Shown here: one piece after another, positions 8,562 through 17,402 of the stretch
Layout of the letters: each line of letters opens with the position of its first letter
Numbering within the stretch: the first letter of the stretch is position 1
Assembly (NCBI GenBank): GCA_964473825.1
Contig: CAYYQL010000045.1
Span: 1 to 20,262, forward strand
Direction: 5' to 3'
Origin: an uncultured archaeon
GTDB taxonomy: Archaea; Asgardarchaeota; Thorarchaeia; Thorarchaeales; Thorarchaeaceae
Length of the DNA: 20,262 nt
Notes under the pieces: generated by a model
Seen by the model: only the letters and a program-made list of their open reading frames with translations
Told to the model about the DNA's origin: nothing
Databases searched by the model: none
Position numbers and translations under genes: made by a program

Positions 8562-10058
8562 ATGTCTTTCCTCACTGACTTCCGTTGCACCTCTTGTGGT
8601 CATCGGCATGACCCAGATTCTTATTATGTGGTCTGTTCGCGCTGTGGCGGAATCTTGCACGCCAAATACAACCTCGATAGCGCAAGAGAGAAGATCAGCA
8701 GAGAAACATTTCGAGGTCGGAAGAAGAGACTCTGGAATTACCACGAAATCTTACCCATACTGGACTCTGATGGACAGGTCAGTCTTGGTGAGGGAGACAC
8801 GTTTCTTCAGAGAGGGAATCGATTGGCAGAACAACTAGCCATGAAGAGCCTATACCTGAAGGACGAAACAAGAAATCCCACGGGGTCTTTCTTGGACCGA
8901 GGTATCTCTGTAGAGATGACCAAAGCAAAGCAGATCGGGCGGGCGGGAGTGTCCTGCGGGAGTACAGGCAATCTTGCGGCCTCGTTGGTTGCCTATGCAG
9001 CACGAGCGGGGATGGAGAGCAGGGTCTTCATTGCACAGAGAGGAAACGTGGACATCGGAAAATTCCATCAGATCCTCGCATACGGGGCAGAGGTAGAGAT
9101 TGTGGCAAATCATCAGGACGCAATGAAGAGAGCAGCAGGGATTAGTCACGAATATCATAACATCCTGCCCTACAGTCCGTTCTTCCTTGAGGGCATAAAG
9201 ACCACAGGAATTGAGGTAGTAGAGCAACTGGATTGGGAGAACCCTGATTGGATTGTACTTCCGATGGGTAATGGAGGACACCTGTCGATGACTTGGCGAG
9301 GTCTGCAGGAGCTAGAACACCTCGGTCTCATTGATGAAGTGACACCCCGTCTAGTAGGAGTTCAGGCTGCAGGATGTGCACCCATCGTCGAGGCCTTTGA
9401 GTCCAAGAGCAAGAGGATAGAACCGGTAGAGGCCCAGTCTACAGTGGCCCTAGATATCGGTGTTGAGAATCCGTCCTGCGGGCGCCTTGCCTTAGAGGCC
9501 CTTCGAGCGTCTGACGGCGAGGCAGTAGCTGTGACCGATGATGAAATATTGGACGGCGTGCGACAACTTGCCAGCCGCGAGGGAGTCTTTGCGGAACCTG
9601 CAGCGGCTACGACAATCGCAGCACTGCACCATCTGCTGGCAGATGGTATCGTCCACCGAAATGACCGCGTGGTCTGTCTAATCACAGGAATGGGGTTGAA
9701 GTATCCAGATGTAACACGTGCCCTCGTGAAGGGGAGGGGAAAGCTGGAGTACCTCCTCAGCAGAATAGAGGGGCGAGGATATACAACCGAGATTGGACAG
9801 ACAAAGCAGTATATCCTGAAGATCCTGTCCGAAGGTGAATCGTATGGATATGACATCTGGAAGACTCTTGCAGAACGATTCGGTATCAAGATTAAGGTGC
9901 CAAGTGTCTATCAACACCTCTCCGAGCTCAGAAGTAGTGGACTCATCGTGGAAACACATTCTAAACTCAGTGCCGAAAGACGACAACGCAACTACTATGA
10001 CCTATCGGATCGTGGAAGATGGACGCTTGACCAGTTGGAGAAGATGTCGCACGAGTAG
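8562..10058 (+). CDS. Threonine-synthase-like (PLP fold type II) protein lacking the catalytic Lys, with N-terminal Zn ribbon and C-terminal PadR wHTH
   Basis: CxxC..CxxC; SLGEGDT; LKDETRNPTGSFLDRG (K to L); STGN; PMGNGG; EPAAA; TGMGLK. Then ILKILSEGESYGYDI...VYQHLSEL..SGLI....R.RNYY.L...GR (PadR). ATG 8562 preferred over GTG 8550, which lies inside the promoter palindrome. Confidence 0.88.
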   Translation: MSFLTDFRCTSCGHRHDPDSYYVVCSRCGGILHAKYNLDSAREKISRETFRGRKKRLWNYHEILPILDSDGQVSLGEGDTFLQRGNRLAEQLAMKSLYLKDETRNPTGSFLDRGISVEMTKAKQIGRAGVSCGSTGNLAASLVAYAARAGMESRVFIAQRGNVDIGKFHQILAYGAEVEIVANHQDAMKRAAGISHEYHNILPYSPFFLEGIKTTGIEVVEQLDWENPDWIVLPMGNGGHLSMTWRGLQELEHLGLIDEVTPRLVGVQAAGCAPIVEAFESKSKRIEPVEAQSTVALDIGVENPSCGRLALEALRASDGEAVAVTDDEILDGVRQLASREGVFAEPAAATTIAALHHLLADGIVHRNDRVVCLITGMGLKYPDVTRALVKGRGKLEYLLSRIEGRGYTTEIGQTKQYILKILSEGESYGYDIWKTLAERFGIKIKVPSVYQHLSELRSSGLIVETHSKLSAERRQRNYYDLSDRGRWTLDQLEKMSHE

Positions 10059-10176
10059 ATGTCTGCTACTCTTCTGAGTGCAGAGATGTTGTAAGCGAAG
10101 TATTTTAACTTCCTGCACGAACTGCCTAGTGAGCAGGTTCAAACTGCTCCACGAGAGAACAATGAGGAAGAGTAGA

Positions 10177-10569
10177 ATGGCAGACAAGAGTTGGTTGCAG
10201 ACAGACGATTGGAAAAACGAGAAACATGTACCCGTAATCGAGTGTCCTGACGAGGTGAAGAAAGGCGAATTGGTGGAGGTTACAGTATCTGTTGGAAAAG
10301 AGATACCCCATCCCAATACCACTGCTCATCACATCAAATGGTGTGATCTGTTCTTCTGGCCTGAAGGAGAGAAGTTCCCATACGAAATCGGATACACCAG
10401 CTTCGATGCACACGGTGCCTCAGTGAAGGGCGCAGACACGAGTACAGTTTACGCAGAGCCTCAGACAAAATATGTATTCAAGACCGACAAACCCGGCACA
10501 GTGATGGCCACATCATATTGTAACATCCACGGACTGTGGAAAGACGAGAAGAAGCTCAAGGTCAAATAG
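10177..10569 (+). CDS. sor: 1Fe superoxide reductase (neelaredoxin / class II SORL)
   Basis: EKHVP, HPNTTAHHI and CNIHG iron-ligand motifs. Start reassigned to ATG 10177 after GAGGA. TATA-like TTTTAA near 10103. Confidence 0.92.
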   Translation: MADKSWLQTDDWKNEKHVPVIECPDEVKKGELVEVTVSVGKEIPHPNTTAHHIKWCDLFFWPEGEKFPYEIGYTSFDAHGASVKGADTSTVYAEPQTKYVFKTDKPGTVMATSYCNIHGLWKDEKKLKVK

Positions 10570-10602
10570 AAAGACTTGGGGTTTCTGACAGTTGCCAAAA
10601 TC

Positions 10603-10755
10603 CTGGACAAACCTGGACATCATTCTGAAGGTGTTTATATATGACTGATAGGTATGCTAGAGTGAGGGTGTCCAGACACTTCCCCGGTCCCTGACAAGGC
10701 CATTCCCAGTGCCGTTGTCTGGGAGGACAAAGCTTTGGTGTCCAGATTTGTCCAG
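10603..10755. repeat. 17-bp inverted repeat pair built from CTGGACA units, plus an internal copy
   Basis: CTGGACAAACCTGGACA (10603-10619) versus TGTCCAGATTTGTCCAG (10739-10755), 1 mismatch. GGTGTCCAGA repeated directly at 10667 and 10737. Confidence 0.8.
10626..10641 (+). promoter_or_regulatory. Candidate BRE/TATA promoter with no protein gene downstream
   Basis: TGAAGGTG-TTTATATA, a close match to the archaeal TATA consensus. Confidence 0.5.
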
Positions 10756-10776
10756 CTTACAATGAACGGCAGAGTA

Positions 10777-10821
10777 GCTGCCCTGCAGAGAAGATAGCAG
10801 GGCGGTCTTCATTCTTTTTTT
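10777..10821 (+). terminator. Hairpin + T7 terminator-like structure
   Basis: GCTGCCCTGC (10777-86) pairs with GCAGGGCGGT (10797-806). T-run at 10815-10821. Confidence 0.55.
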
Positions 10822-10991
10822 GCAGACATGCCATCAACCGTAGAAGACGACACCAATTGATACTCTCAAGACCCTGAGTGCCGCGAGTGCTCCATCTGAA
10901 ACGATGTGAAGTATCCGATACTTACATCCCTCGCACGTTTTGCATTAACATGTATGGACCGCTGTTACCAATGCCTCCTTTGCAATGTAGC

Positions 10992-11672
10992 TCATAACTC
11001 AGACTGCGCACGAACTTGCACGAATCCTTCCTCAATCAAACGACAGACAAGATCTCTCATGCCAGGACACTGGCTCCAGCGCATGGAGTGTTTGCAGTCC
11101 TCGCATTCTCTGGCAATCTCAGCCATACGCTTTGCATTGAGGAATGTCAGCACAACGAGATACATTATGATAATGAGCAGGACCTTCAGTCCAAATCCCA
11201 AGGAGAACAGACCATCAGCCAAAAGAATCGACCAAGCTATTGCAGCAAACGAGGAACCTAGAAGAAACTTGGATGCAATTTTAACTGACGTGCTAATGTC
11301 GGTGACCCCTGAGGCACTAAGCGTTGCGTAGATAGCAACACCACCCACGCCTCCCCAGAAGAGATAGAAACGAACAAGAAGCAGAGGTGCTGAGAGCCAG
11401 ACCAAGAGAAAGAATAGCATTGCAACTAGGAACGATATGGTGTTGAAGGTACAGCCGATACACCACTGCCGTCTTCTGATGGTGATTCTGTGGTCATCAA
11501 ACCGAGGACAAGAGGGATGATGTGAGGTGAGAAAGGGCCCGGAGGCCTTGAGAAAGCCTATTGGATGGAAGAGCACCATCCTCAGGGATAACTCTAGGCG
11601 ACCCCGGTCCGGGTCATCCAGCAGCTTCGTGCAGTCGACGGAGCTGTCTGGTACATCTCCCTGTTCGTCCAC
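10992..11672 (-). CDS. Hypothetical membrane protein with two Cys/His clusters
   Basis: About 4 TM segments flanked by HHPSC..FDDH...CIGC and CEDC......CPG....C. Start uncertain. Confidence 0.75.
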   Translation of the reverse strand: MDEQGDVPDSSVDCTKLLDDPDRGRLELSLRMVLFHPIGFLKASGPFLTSHHPSCPRFDDHRITIRRRQWCIGCTFNTISFLVAMLFFLLVWLSAPLLLVRFYLFWGGVGGVAIYATLSASGVTDISTSVKIASKFLLGSSFAAIAWSILLADGLFSLGFGLKVLLIIIMYLVVLTFLNAKRMAEIARECEDCKHSMRWSQCPGMRDLVCRLIEEGFVQVRAQSEL

Positions 11673-11700
11673 TGTTTACGCCAGCCACTCCTCTTATCGA

Positions 11701-12069
11701 CTACGGAGAGAGGGGGATGAATGACCAGAGAAGTGCATACATACCTGGGAAGAACAACAGCAATACTGCGAATATCACTATGAAGGCTATAATGCCTGTC
11801 AGGATATAGGCGATGATGGCACCACCCCATCCGGTGCTATGTCTGCTCTTGATGAAATACAGTGACAAGATACAGCCAAGGCAGGGTATCCAGCTCACAC
11901 ATGCGATCAGAATAGCCGTGACAAAAGTATCGCCAAGGGCCCGATTGCGCCCATTGACAAAACCAAGAGCAATTCCAAGAAATACACCATTGATCACAAA
12001 CAGAATGACAATAACCAACACGATGATTATTATCCCACTGCTTGATAATAGCAAATCCATCCACTGCAT
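11701..12069 (-). CDS. Hypothetical small membrane protein
   Basis: Strongly hydrophobic 122 aa with WIPCLGC. SD GGAG upstream. Co-oriented 28 bp before the next gene. Confidence 0.75.
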   Translation of the reverse strand: MQWMDLLLSSSGIIIIVLVIVILFVINGVFLGIALGFVNGRNRALGDTFVTAILIACVSWIPCLGCILSLYFIKSRHSTGWGGAIIAYILTGIIAFIVIFAVLLLFFPGMYALLWSFIPLSP

Positions 12070-12229
12070 TCTCTCTATCTCCTAACTCAGAGTATTCTAT
12101 GCAGTACAGGCCTGCATCGCAGGATAAAAGTTTGACGAGTGCCAGAGAGAGGCACTTCGTCAGTCCCCGATTTGGTGTAGTGGAAAGAGGAAAGTCACGC
12201 TTATATCGCAAAGGAAGCCTTTCAGCGAC

Positions 12230-12802
12230 ATGTACAATGGCGACAAGGTGCGTCTCAGAGCCCCTGAGATGCAAGATCTTGATGATATCATGAAGCACTG
12301 GAACACCTATGAAACAAGACGATTCCTCAACTTTGCCATTCCTCACTCTCGAGCAAGCGAGAAGGAGTGGCTGGAAAAGGCGACAAAGTCGAGCCCGTGG
12401 ACTGATGGTGAGTTGGTCTTGGCCATTGAAGACAAGACCACGGACGAGTTTCTTGGAACCGTTAGCCTCTTTGATATCTCCAGACAGCATCGAAGAGCGG
12501 AGTTTGGAATCGCCATCCACAATCCTGAGAACTTGGGCAGCGGCTACGGTACCGATGCGACCACAGTGATGCTGTGGATAGCATTTCACGTGCTAGGCCT
12601 CAATAGCGTATATCTTTACACTCTCATCAATAACAAACGAGCACAGAGAGCGTATGAGAAGGCGGGCTTCCAGAGAGTGGGCGTCTTCAGAAGAGCGATG
12701 TTCTCAGAGGGAGCATATACCGATGTGGTCATGATGGACATCATCAGAGAGGACTTCTTAGAGCAGTATCCACCTGGAAGCAGGACAGGTTCAGAAGAAT
12801 GA
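12230..12802 (+). CDS. GNAT N-acetyltransferase, RimJ/RimL type
   Basis: G.KVRLRA, RRAEFGIAI, G.GYGT.A, N.RA...YEKAGF...G motifs. Confidence 0.9.
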   Translation: MYNGDKVRLRAPEMQDLDDIMKHWNTYETRRFLNFAIPHSRASEKEWLEKATKSSPWTDGELVLAIEDKTTDEFLGTVSLFDISRQHRRAEFGIAIHNPENLGSGYGTDATTVMLWIAFHVLGLNSVYLYTLINNKRAQRAYEKAGFQRVGVFRRAMFSEGAYTDVVMMDIIREDFLEQYPPGSRTGSEE

Positions 12803-12970
12803 TGTGAGTCATGCTAGAAATGGTTTTTACGCTCTTTTTCAAGCCTTGTAAGCGTTCATAAACCTAATTGACGATCTTACGGTATTATCAACCTCTTTCA
12901 TATGATTTAGGGCCGAGTTCGTCTAACAGTCCCTATAAACACCGTCCGTGATGGTATCTATGGTGTAATA

Positions 12971-13921
12971 ATGAACGTAATCACAAAAGGTTTCTTGGTG
13001 GCGTTTGCACTAGTGCTAATCGGTAGTGCTGTTCCATTAACTTTAGCACAAGGCAATCAGATTCAATATCAGCACTCTCAGGGAATCGTGACCCTGAGCA
13101 CTGACGCAATCGAGATCAAAATAACAGGTGCCGGAGAGGTACCGCACTTCCACTGGTGGGACCCGAACACACCCACGGTAGACTATCATGTAATGTTTGT
13201 TAAGCTGTTCGAGGCTAACGACACCGATTCCAATGATGTCTTCGAGCTGGACAGCGATACTATGGTTGGGCCTCCATTTGCTCTCCCAACAACTGACTGG
13301 GAAGTCAGCGATTTTGTGACGGAAGAGCAGGACGGCAATGTCACTGCAGTCCATTTCAATATGACCAGTACAGGAACCCATGACCCACGTCCAGATGGCC
13401 CCGGCAACGACTATGGGAACCTACCAGACATGGGGCAGTTCGACGTTACGGTCCAGATTAGAGTTCACATGGACCTCGAGAATCCTAGCGAGTTCAAATT
13501 TGACCTCGTGATTGACGGTTGGGAGTGGACCTATGAAGACTCTATTCTTGTCCTCCAGTTCACTGTAACAGAGAGTAACCATGGCGAGAATCAAGGTTCA
13601 CGCGAACCAACAGGGTTCGAACGAACCGGTACGAAATTCGAGTTCAATAACGGCTACATGGAGTACGAAGAAACCGCTCTGGCCGCACAGAACACGATCC
13701 AGGTGAGAGCGAGCTATGGTGAGGGGACCGGTCAGGAGGCGGGTGAGTCCGTCTACTTGGCCTTCGAGAACTTCGGAAACGAAACCCTCGAGTACGACCC
13801 AACGCTGGGCATTGAAGCGGACGGCGTCGTGCCCCTTTTTGATACCAACACGCTACTCTTGATTGGTGGCGGAATTGTGGTCGTAGTGGTCATCGTTGCC
13901 CTTGTGAAACTCAGGAAGTAG
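12971..13921 (+). CDS. Secreted, C-terminally membrane-anchored acidic beta-rich surface protein
   Basis: Signal peptide (K + hydrophobic stretch + TLA/Q). Acidic ectodomain with N-x-S/T sequons (NDT, NVT, NMT, NET). C-terminal TM helix followed by KLRK. Confidence 0.85.
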   Translation: MNVITKGFLVAFALVLIGSAVPLTLAQGNQIQYQHSQGIVTLSTDAIEIKITGAGEVPHFHWWDPNTPTVDYHVMFVKLFEANDTDSNDVFELDSDTMVGPPFALPTTDWEVSDFVTEEQDGNVTAVHFNMTSTGTHDPRPDGPGNDYGNLPDMGQFDVTVQIRVHMDLENPSEFKFDLVIDGWEWTYEDSILVLQFTVTESNHGENQGSREPTGFERTGTKFEFNNGYMEYEETALAAQNTIQVRASYGEGTGQEAGESVYLAFENFGNETLEYDPTLGIEADGVVPLFDTNTLLLIGGGIVVVVVIVALVKLRK

Positions 13922-13930
13922 AACCCATAA

Positions 13931-13966
13931 GGAAGCAGAACGTTCTGCTTCCCCACGCTTTTTCTT
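13931..13966 (+). terminator. Perfect 22-bp palindrome followed by a T-tract
   Basis: GGAAGCAGAACGTTCTGCTTCC (13931-13952) then GCTTTTTCTT, 9 nt after the stop codon. Confidence 0.7.
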
Positions 13967-14298
13967 GGCCAATCATCACGGTGATGTTCCCGGCAACTGT
14001 TCATTTTGAGGTGGACGATTTTGGCATCAGAGTGTCGTACGGCAATGGAATCACTCTGTGAGGTCTGTACTGTGTCAGGTCAATCGCATCTTCAGATGAC
14101 CATGCTGAGCGATATACGATCTTGGCAATTCTCTCAGACTGCTGTCTGATTGGTGTCCGGGTCTAACGAAATCGTCTGCGGCCCGGCACCTATCCCGGGC
14201 GTAAGAGCCAAATGGCCGATTATTGATAGCTGAGCTTAAAGGCAAGAGATTGTGCCTTGCAATCACCCTCAATATCTCACGAACAGGAGACCCATCAG

Positions 14299-16305
14299 AT
14301 GCCACCCGAGACCGACCTTCAAGAGAGAGCAATAAACACGATCAGGTTTCTCTCGGCAGACGCCGTTCAGCGAGCCGAATCAGGACACCCCGGAATGCCG
14401 ATGGGAGCTGCAGCCATGGCCTATACCCTCTGGACACGACATCTCAGGTTCAACCCCAAGAATCCTGAGTGGTATGACCGTGACAGATTCATTCTATCCG
14501 CCGGTCATGGTTCCATGCTGCTCTATTCCCTACTGCATCTCACTGGATATAACCTGACGCTGAAGGATATCAAGAACTTCCGACAGTGGGACAGTAAGAC
14601 ACCCGGTCATCCGGAGTGCTGGAAGACACCGGGTGTTGAAGTGACAACTGGGCCTCTTGGCCAGGGTCTTGGAAATTCGGTAGGGATGGCTATTGCCGAG
14701 GCGCACCTGGCCGCTGAGTTCAACCGGGATGATTACAAAGTCGTCAACCACTACACGTATGTCATTGCCTCCGACGGGGACCTGATGGAAGGTTTGTCCT
14801 CTGAGGCGGCATCTCTCGCAGGACATCTTCAGCTGGGAAAACTCATTGTCCTGTATGACGACAACAACATCTCGATAGATGGGAGCACAGACTTGACCTT
14901 CACAGAGGATGTTGCCAAGCGGTTTGAGGCATTCCACTGGCATGTACAGCAGGTGGAGGATGGCAATGATGTGGACGCCATAGATAAGGCCATCCAAGAG
15001 GCAAAGGAAGACTCTCGACCATCCATCATCTTAGTACGCACAAACATAGGATATGGCCTTCCAACAAAACAGGACTCTGCCGCCTCTCATGGAGCTCCAG
15101 CAGGAGAAGAGGAACTCAGAGGTGCAAAGAAAAAGCTTGGCTGGCCTGAAGACAAGAGATTCTACATACCTGATGATGTACTTGAACATTTCAGAGAGGC
15201 CATTGACCGCGGCAGACTCCTTGAAGAGAAATGGAATGCCCTGAAACAGAGCTATGCCAGGGATCATCCTGATCTCCATGTAGAACTTGAGAGACGCTGG
15301 GAGGGAAGATTACCAGACGGATGGGACTCAGGTCTTCCAGTCTTCGACCCTGACGAGAGGGGAATTGCTACACGTGCAGCATCGGGAAAGACCCTCAATG
15401 CGATAGCGCCACTACTACCAGAACTTATCGGTGGCTCTGCAGACCTGACCGGCTCTAACAAGACCTGGATAGATGATAGCCAGGTGTTCCAGAGAAACAA
15501 TTACCGGGGACAGAACATCTACTTCGGCGTACGAGAGCATGCCATGGCCGCAGCAGTGAACGGCATGGCAAGTCACGGCGGAGTCATACCATATGCAGGG
15601 ACCTTCTTCATCTTCTCTGACTATATGCGTCCCGCGGTTCGCCTCTCTGCACTATCCCGACACCCGAGCATATGGGTGTATACTCACGATAGTATCGGGC
15701 TCGGCGAGGATGGACCAACACATCAACCCATTGAGCAGTTACCTTCATTGCGAGCTATGCCCAATCTTGTAATCATCAGACCTGCTGATGCCAATGAAGT
15801 GACTGAGGCCTGGCGGATGGCAATCAGCCGACGGAACGGGCCAACAGCAATTGTGATGACAAGGCAGAGAGTGCCCACTCTGGATAGGACTGAGTATGCC
15901 GATTCCCAAGGCCTGAAACGTGGTGCCTACGTTCTCAAGGACTTTGGAGAGGGAGGGCCAGATATCATCCTCATGGCATCAGGCTCCGAAGTTGATCTTA
16001 TTATAAAAGCAGGAACAATCTTGCATGGTGAGGGGATCAAGGTTCGAGTTGTGTCATTTCCGAGCTGGGAACTCTTTGAAAAGGAGAGTAAGGAGTACCA
16101 AGAAAGTGTGCTTCCCTCAGAAGTCAAGAAACGTCTTGCGATCGAAGCCGCGACCTCGTTCGGTTGGGAACGTTGGACTGGTGACCAAGGACTTGTAATC
16201 GGTATCGATGCCTTTGGAGCATCTGCGCCTAGCAAGGTTATGTTTGAGAAGTATGGGTTCACGGTAGAGAACGTTGTGAAGCACGCGACGCAGTTGCTTC
16301 AGTAG
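14299..16305 (+). CDS. tkt: Transketolase, single-chain (bacterial-type)
   Basis: [29 protein letters not shown], ThDP motif GDLMEG...[32 protein letters not shown]. Start reassigned to ATG 14299 after AGGAG. Confidence 0.96.
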   Translation: MPPETDLQERAINTIRFLSADAVQRAESGHPGMPMGAAAMAYTLWTRHLRFNPKNPEWYDRDRFILSAGHGSMLLYSLLHLTGYNLTLKDIKNFRQWDSKTPGHPECWKTPGVEVTTGPLGQGLGNSVGMAIAEAHLAAEFNRDDYKVVNHYTYVIASDGDLMEGLSSEAASLAGHLQLGKLIVLYDDNNISIDGSTDLTFTEDVAKRFEAFHWHVQQVEDGNDVDAIDKAIQEAKEDSRPSIILVRTNIGYGLPTKQDSAASHGAPAGEEELRGAKKKLGWPEDKRFYIPDDVLEHFREAIDRGRLLEEKWNALKQSYARDHPDLHVELERRWEGRLPDGWDSGLPVFDPDERGIATRAASGKTLNAIAPLLPELIGGSADLTGSNKTWIDDSQVFQRNNYRGQNIYFGVREHAMAAAVNGMASHGGVIPYAGTFFIFSDYMRPAVRLSALSRHPSIWVYTHDSIGLGEDGPTHQPIEQLPSLRAMPNLVIIRPADANEVTEAWRMAISRRNGPTAIVMTRQRVPTLDRTEYADSQGLKRGAYVLKDFGEGGPDIILMASGSEVDLIIKAGTILHGEGIKVRVVSFPSWELFEKESKEYQESVLPSEVKKRLAIEAATSFGWERWTGDQGLVIGIDAFGASAPSKVMFEKYGFTVENVVKHATQLLQ

Positions 16306-16418
16306 ACCTACCGTGAAGATGCAACCGTTTCGATTGATGCTCATGACAATCGATGGCAATAATCCGTAGTCATGACGAGGGGACAGATGGCCATCATCTC
16401 GGGTCAACAGATTGGTTG

Positions 16419-17204
16419 CTACAGTGCGGTCCAACCGCCATCAACGAATATGGTCTCGCCTGTGATATAGTCGGCTGCAGGAGATACGAGAAACAGCAGA
16501 GCACCTTTCAGATCTACCGGTCTACCCGTACGTCCTAAGGCGGTCCTAGAAGCAAGTAGCTGTTTGGTTTCCTCGTCTTCAAAGATGTCTTCGGTCATCT
16601 CGCTGGGGAAGAATCCTGGAGCGATGCCATTGACGTTGATGCCATGAGGTGCCCATTCAATGGCAAATGCCCGCGTCAGGTTGATGACAGCTGCCTTGGA
16701 GGCGTAGTACGGAGCCGCTTGGAACTTGTCACCTACAGCTCCATAAATGGAGGCAATGTTCACAATCTTTCCCGACTTCTGTTCAATCATCTGTCGAGCG
16801 GCCGTTCTTGCTGTAAGGAAGACTCCGGTCAGATTCACTTCAATGACCTTCTTCCATTCCGCTAATGGCATATCGACAGAGGGATTCAATGCACTGATGC
16901 CAGCGTTGTTCACGATGATGTCAAGTGACCCAAATTTCTCGACTGTCTTGTCAACCATCTCGACAACCTGTGCTTCCTCTGTGACATCTGTCTTGATGGG
17001 CACCACACTCGACCCAGTTTCCTTTGATAAGCTGTCAGCAACTTCTTTCAACTTCTCATAGCGTCTCGCTATGATGACTACGTTGGCTCCTGCCTCGGCA
17101 AGAGTCTCGGCAAATGTGATACCTAGTCCAGATGATGCACCGGTCACTACTGCTGTCTTACCCTGGATTCCAAAGCAGAGATCCATTATGTCGTGTTTAG
17201 TCAT
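16419..17204 (-). CDS. Classical SDR oxidoreductase (gluconate 5-dehydrogenase/FabG-like)
   Basis: TGASSGLG, NNAG, catalytic YYASK, VNGIAPG, ITGE...VDGG. Confidence 0.92.
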   Translation of the reverse strand: MTKHDIMDLCFGIQGKTAVVTGASSGLGITFAETLAEAGANVVIIARRYEKLKEVADSLSKETGSSVVPIKTDVTEEAQVVEMVDKTVEKFGSLDIIVNNAGISALNPSVDMPLAEWKKVIEVNLTGVFLTARTAARQMIEQKSGKIVNIASIYGAVGDKFQAAPYYASKAAVINLTRAFAIEWAPHGINVNGIAPGFFPSEMTEDIFEDEETKQLLASRTALGRTGRPVDLKGALLFLVSPAADYITGETIFVDGGWTAL

Positions 17205-17280
17205 TGTTATTCACTTAACTATGATAAATACATGTTAATGAATGTTAGGTCGTGGCAATTTGCGCAAGAGAGGCCGATTG

Positions 17281-17288
17281 TTTATAAG
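17281..17288 (+). promoter_or_regulatory. TATA box of tfb (candidate)
   Basis: TTTATAAG about 120 nt upstream of the tfb ATG, in the divergent intergenic region. Confidence 0.5.
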
Positions 17289-17402
17289 AGAAGGTTCCAA
17301 ACCCAGATGAGACAGCAGAGAACCCTCCTCGCCGGACTATGAATACTCGTCAGGAACCTGCTCCTCAATGGAGTCGGCAGGAGACCAGACAGGGAAGATA
17401 CC

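Noticed and set aside
8562-10058. Calling the gene thrC, or a pseudogene
   Set aside because: The catalytic Lys is absent, so thrC is unsupported. The frame is intact with the other motifs and a full PadR domain preserved, which argues against decay.
10603-10755. CRISPR array or Orc1/Cdc6 origin (ORB) interpretation of the repeats
   Set aside because: The repeats are short and inverted, without regular spacers. They do not match the ORB consensus, and no cas or orc1 gene is in the window.
10654-10797. Possible small selenoprotein MLE(U)GCPD... with a nearby AUGA-containing hairpin
   Set aside because: The ATG lies upstream of the expected TSS and the peptide resembles no family I know. The hairpin overlaps the ORF and lacks the 3' GA needed for a SECIS core.
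12187-12200. GAGGAAAGTC, resembling the RNase P RNA 5' conserved region
   Set aside because: It sits in a short divergent promoter 40 nt before the GNAT gene, with no room or matching 3' conserved region.
11837-12589. 250-aa minus-strand ORF and the other short antisense or alternate-frame ORFs in the track
   Set aside because: They are shadows of well-supported genes and have no recognisable motifs.
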